This document shows positions 50,401-56,400 of a stretch of 64,000 bases of DNA, piece by piece; positions within the stretch are counted from its first letter, which is position 1, and each line of letters starts with the position of its first letter. The DNA comes from Candidatus Brocadiia bacterium (GTDB lineage Bacteria > Planctomycetota > MHYJ01 > JACQXL01 > JACQZI01). The translations under genes and the position numbers were made by a program. The notes under the pieces are model-generated. The model was not told the DNA's origin. It was given only the letters and a program-made list of their open reading frames with translations, and made no database searches. The DNA lies in assembly GCA_020051675.1 (NCBI GenBank), contig JAGVQN010000085.1:8170-72169 (forward strand). Reading direction: 5' to 3'.

Positions 50401-53400
50401 GCGCAAAGGATGTGGTGATGTGCTCTTCGGTTGTTTCGCACAGCAACAAGCCCGATGCCCTCTTGACAAAAGAAGGATACGGGGATACATCGGTTAAAGG
50501 AACGTATCAGTATAACGACGCGTATTATCCGCCGACCGGCCAGATTACATCAACGGCGATAGCCAATAACCAGGCTCTTACATATTATATCTGGATAGAA
50601 AACGACGGAAACACCAATGAAACATATCTTATTACCGGTTCTTCGCCGTCTTCCGGATGGTGGGTGACATATTATGAGGATGCTTCGGGCGTAACCGATA
50701 TTTCCGCGAATGTAAAAGCCGGCACATATCAGGCCGTTACTACCGGAGTGATAATGGAGCCATATTCCATCACAGGGTTAAAACGGGTGATAAGGATGGT
50801 GGTCACGGCTGATAATACCCTTAACGGGACAAACGCCGCGACCTTTGTGGTAAAAGCGACTGATTCAAGCTTAGCAACCGATACGGTCGGGGTGACATTT
50901 ACCGTTAATACGACTTACCAGGTTAATGCATCCATCGGGAGTGTTACCGGCGGTCCGTATACGGGAGAATCTGTTTATACCCCGTCGACAGCATTAGATC
51001 CGAACCAGGCGGTTTCCCGGACGGCTAATACCAATAAAATAGTTACTTATTATGTGAAAGTGGTTAATGAAGCGAACGTGACCGATACGATTACTTTAGC
51101 CGTCGCAGGTTCAGGGGCCGGATGGTGGATTACTTATTATGATCCGGCCAGCGCGAACATTACCGCTAATATGATAAGTTCCGGCTGGGCAACTTCGTTT
51201 ACCCGTAACCAGTCAAAGGAAATCAGGATTGAGATTACTCCTGACGGCTCGGTGATAGGCACGGCGATGCTGCCGGTAACCGTTACCGCGACTGCCTCAG
51301 GCGGCGTGGTTGATTCTGTCCTGGCGAAAACCACGGCGCAAAGGCCCGATGTGTTGATTAAGGGCAACGGTTACGGCGATGCGTCAGTCAAAGGGACGTA
51401 TACTTATAATGATATATACTCGCCGACGAGCCAGATTACATCAACAGTCATTACCAATAACCAGGTGCTTACATATTATATATGGATAGAGAATGACGGA
51501 AACGCCAATGAAACAGCATATGCCGTTACAGGCACTTCATCCTACGGCGGATGGATTGTCTCTTATTATGATGGCGCCAGCGGAGAGGATGACAGTATTA
51601 CGGCAACTGTAGGACTTGGCACATATAATCCCGGCAATGCCGGAACAATGGAGCCGTATTCGGTAACAGGATGGAAACGCGTCATCCGTATGCGCGTAAC
51701 GGCCACAAACAACCTGGCGGGCAGCGCAGCTGGGTCGTTTATCGCGCGCGTATCTGACGCAAGCGGAAATACGGATACCGTCGGCGTGAATACTACGGTG
51801 GTTACGGATTATAAGGTCAATACGTCTGTCAAGACCGAATCCGGCTCTTATACGGGAGACGTTAAGTATACGCCTCCGGATGCTTTGGACCCTGACCAGA
51901 CCGTGACCAATACTGTTGCCAGCGGTTCTGTTCTGACATATTATGCCAAAGTAGTTAACGAAGGGAACGTTACGGACACCCTCTCGGTAACAGGAACCGG
52001 CAGCTCGGCCGGGTGGTGGGTGAGTTATTACACGGTGCCGGGCGGCGCGGATATTACCGCTAATATCACAAATCCGGCAGTTGGATGGTCAACTTCATTT
52101 ATCCGTAACGAGATAAAAGAAGTCAAGATTCTTGTCCAAGCGGATACCAACGGGCCGGACGGCGGAAACAGCAAGGCAATCAGCATTACTGCCTGGTCTA
52201 CGCTTTCCACAACCAAGTATGATTCGGGCTTGATTAAGACAACCGTCGTGACAACACGTAAACCCGATCTCTTAATCAGCCTGGATAATGTTGTTTTCAG
52301 CGGCGACGGAGATTACGAAGACGAAATCGCGCCGATTTCCGCCAACCAGACCAAAACCGGCTCCGGCGAGAATAACGAGGTGATAACTTATTACGTCAAG
52401 CTGCAGAACGAAGGCAACCTGGGAGAAACATATACTGTTTCAATGACCTTGCCCGGAAGCGGCTGGGTAATAACATTCTATGATAATACGGATACGATAC
52501 GCTCGCTCCCATGGGTAAGCGGAACTATTACCAAAACCGATTCCATCACGGTTAAAATACTGGTGATGCCGGTCGGCAAAAATAACGGCGACAGCGGCGA
52601 TTTGATTATCTATGCCAAATCAACCGATGATATTACCAAGGTTGATGCGGTTGATGCCAAGACAACGGTAAGCGCGGCGAATATCCTTTATCCGCAGGAT
52701 TATAAACAGGTCGGGACGACCCCGGTATTCATGGGCCAGGCGGCTCCGGGGGTTACGGTCGAACTGTGGGATATTACCGGCGGATTACCCGGGACGCAGG
52801 TAGTTACTAGCACTGCCGACGTAAATGGTTATTGGAGAATGAAAGTGACCGGCGCTTTAAGCGTAGGCGGTCATACCTTTAAAACGATTGCCGGCGGAGT
52901 AGAGGGCCAGCCCAGGCCGATTACTGTCGAGGCGGTCGCTCCGGCAACTGTGCCGGTAATAAATTCTCCTGGAGAGAATGATTATATTAAGGATACGAAT
53001 AAACCTTTGATAACAGGAAATGCCGGCGTGGCAAATGCCGGACAGGTTATAACCGCTACGGTTAATATCAATACGACCGCAACCGAGTTATATGACATGA
53101 ATATCGGCACCGCCACGGTACTGGGCGACGGTTCGTATACGATAAATCTTACAAGACCGTTACCCAGGGGGACGCGCCAGATTGCCCTGATTTGTAACGG
53201 AGTATTGAGCGATTTAAGGACGGTCATTCTGGTTGACCCGATCGGCGTACTCTATGATGATGTAACCAACCAGCCGATTGACGGAATGGAGGTAAGCCTG
53301 TGGAGATCGACGACCGACGGGGCGTTTACCTGGACTTTGTGCCCGGTGGGCGGACTGGCCGGCGAAATCGGCGGTCCGGTCGGCGTCACTAACCCGCAAA

Positions 53401-56400
53401 CTTCAGGCTGGACCGGCGTGGCAGGCCAGTACCAGTTCCTCTTAGGACAGCCTGCGGTCGGTACGGCTTATAATTATAAAATAGTGGTTACGAATTCTTC
53501 CGGGTATTCTTTCCCGTCGAGCGTTGCTTCTTATCAGGCGATTACGTCTACGATAATCGGCTCGGCCGGAACGGCAAGCATCCCGGCGTTTATCGACCTC
53601 TTCCCGGGCGACCCGGTGACCAGGACTATTTATGTCGATGATACGACTTATTTAGGGGTAGCGCCGTCGGTGGCGAGAAACCTCTCGATCGGCGGCTATT
53701 TCGAAATGGATAATTCGGAACTTGATTTAATATACGCGGATATACCGCTCTCGCCGGCGGCGACTCTATTGCGGATTACCAAGGCGTCAAACAAGCCGGA
53801 GGTTTCTATCGGAGATATCCTGACCTATGAAATCAAGATTATTAACAGTAACGCCTCGCCGGTTAAGAATGTTTATATCAGGGATATCATGCCGGCCGGC
53901 TTTAAGTATATTGACGGCTCGACCATGATAGATAATACGACCAAGCTGGCTGATCCCACAGGCGGCCGGACAAGAATCTTTAACGTCGGCACGGTAGCGG
54001 CGCAATCCACAAAAATAATACGTTACCAGTTGGTGGTCGGAACAGCCGTGACCTTCGGCGAGTATAAGAATACCGCCCAGGCCGAGTATGCCGGCGGCGT
54101 GGTGATATCAAACAAGTCCCAGGTAAAGGTCAGGGTAATCCCGGACCCGGTGTTTGATTATGCCACGATAATCGGCAAGGTGTTTAACGATTATGACGGA
54201 AACGGAGTCCAGGGTGAAAACGAACCTGGTATTGACAGGGTAAAGATCATAACCGAAGACGGGATTATGGTAGAAACCGACCAGTACGGCAAATACCACA
54301 TCGCCGGATTAAAACCCAAGACCAAGCTTTTGAAGGTGGTCGAGAGCTCATTGCCGATAGGCGCGGAATTCACCACGCCCAATCCGGTCATGGTGCGCTT
54401 TACTTTAGGCGGCCATCTGGAAAAGGTTAATTTCGGATTGAAGCTCGCCCAGTCAGCCGATTCCATGGAAAGGCGCATTGTAAAGGTGAATATAAAGGTA
54501 GTCACCACGCCCGAAGGGAATCCCCAGGTATCGGTTGCCGGGGCTCCGGTCAGGATGATGTTCCCGCCGAAGAGGGAAGGCGCCACGGAGAAACGCGTCA
54601 GGGTGCAGATCGGGTACAGCATGTTAGCGCTTGACGAAAACGGCAATTACAACGGCGAATACGTACTGCTTCCGGGCGAGACGACCTTAAAGATCTGGGC
54701 GGAAAACAGGTGGGGATACGAGAAGGAAGAGCGCCATGCGGTTTCACTGCCTTCGCTGGAAGTAAAAATCTACCGCGAAGACGACCGTCCCGCATTGACG
54801 CCCGAACTGGGATTGGTCGTGGCACCTGAAATACTGAATATAAAAGCCGGCCGCCTGGCCGAGGCCGCCCGGTTTAAGATAATCACCAACTACGGGCAGT
54901 TTATCAATAAATGGAAACTGGTAATATACGAACCTGTCCGCGGCGGGGCATGGTTGCCGCAGGAAAAGCCTGATGGTTTGATGGCTTCCGCGGAAAGCAC
55001 AGAACGAACGGACGCTTTGATTGCCGAAGAATTCGCCGAAGCCGAAGGCAAAGCGCCGGCCGGGTACCAGGTATTCTACGAAAGGACCGGCACCGGCAAG
55101 GATATCGATAAAGATATCATCTGGGAAGGCCGTTCGACAGACCGGGGCAAGATGGTTGATATGGATAAAGCCTATAAATACAAATTATTTGTCGAAGGCA
55201 GAGACGGCAATGTCGATATGACCAGGGAAGGCCAGCTGATTGTGGTTTCCTTCTGGGCGGAGAAACTCAGGAAGGTATTCGGGATAGATGTTCCGCTGGT
55301 CGGAGGGGCAAAGCTTACACCGGCGATCGGGCCTATCCAGACAGCCTCCGGGACAAACATAAACACATCCGGCAAGGTCTATTCAATCAGCGGCAAGACC
55401 GACCCCAAAAATAAGATTGTTATTTCAACCCCGGGCTCCAAAGTCGCGGGCGTTGAGGTTGAGCCGTTTGAAGACGGCAGCTTCGAAACAGAAGTCTATG
55501 TTTCGGCGACCGAAGGCAGGATGTTGATAGAAGCGATTACGCCCGATAAACAGCGGCGCGTCCAGAGGTCGGAAAATATCAAGGCGCCCGAAAAGAGGGA
55601 AGAAGGCTACTTAGTCCTGAACGGGTTGATTGATACGCAGTTCGGCTCGAACAACGCTTCCGGCGCGCTTGATGCCACCAGGAACGATAAGACCATGCGC
55701 GACGGCTCTTACGGGACAGGCCGGGCAGCGCTATTCCTTAAGGCGCGGCTGGGCGAATACCAGCTGACTTCGTCCTTTGACAGCCAGCGCGAAGACAAAG
55801 AATTATTCAAGTTTATCGATCCGGATAAATTCTACCCGCTCTATGGAGACAGCTCGGTCCGGACCGATGTGGCGGATAATACCCAGGGAATGTTCTACGT
55901 CAAGGTGGAGCGCGAACAATCAAGCGCTATGTGGGGCAATTACTCAACCGGTTTCAGCGGGACGGAGCTTGCCCAGTATAACCGCGGCTTCTACGGGGCA
56001 AAGATACAATTGGCCAAGCCGTTTTTCTCGACTACCAATGCGACTTTATTCGTGGCGGAAGCCAAGCAATTGGCCAGCCATAACGAAATCAGGGCGACCG
56101 GCGGCTCATTGTATTACTTGAAAGACAGGTACTTAATGGAAGGCAGCGAAAAGATTGCAATTGAAGTGCGCGATAAAGTCAACGGCATGACCATCTCTTC
56201 CTCCGTGATGAGTGCCGGCGCGGATTATGAAATAGATTACAAGAACGGCCGTATCATATTCTATCAGCCGATCGCTTCGGTCGCGTCCAGCAACACGATA
56301 ATCTCTACGGAACTCCTGGACGGTAACCATGTTTATATCGTGGTGGATTACGAATACGATGCTTCAAGGCATTCGACAAAGAACGCCAGCGGCTTGAGGA

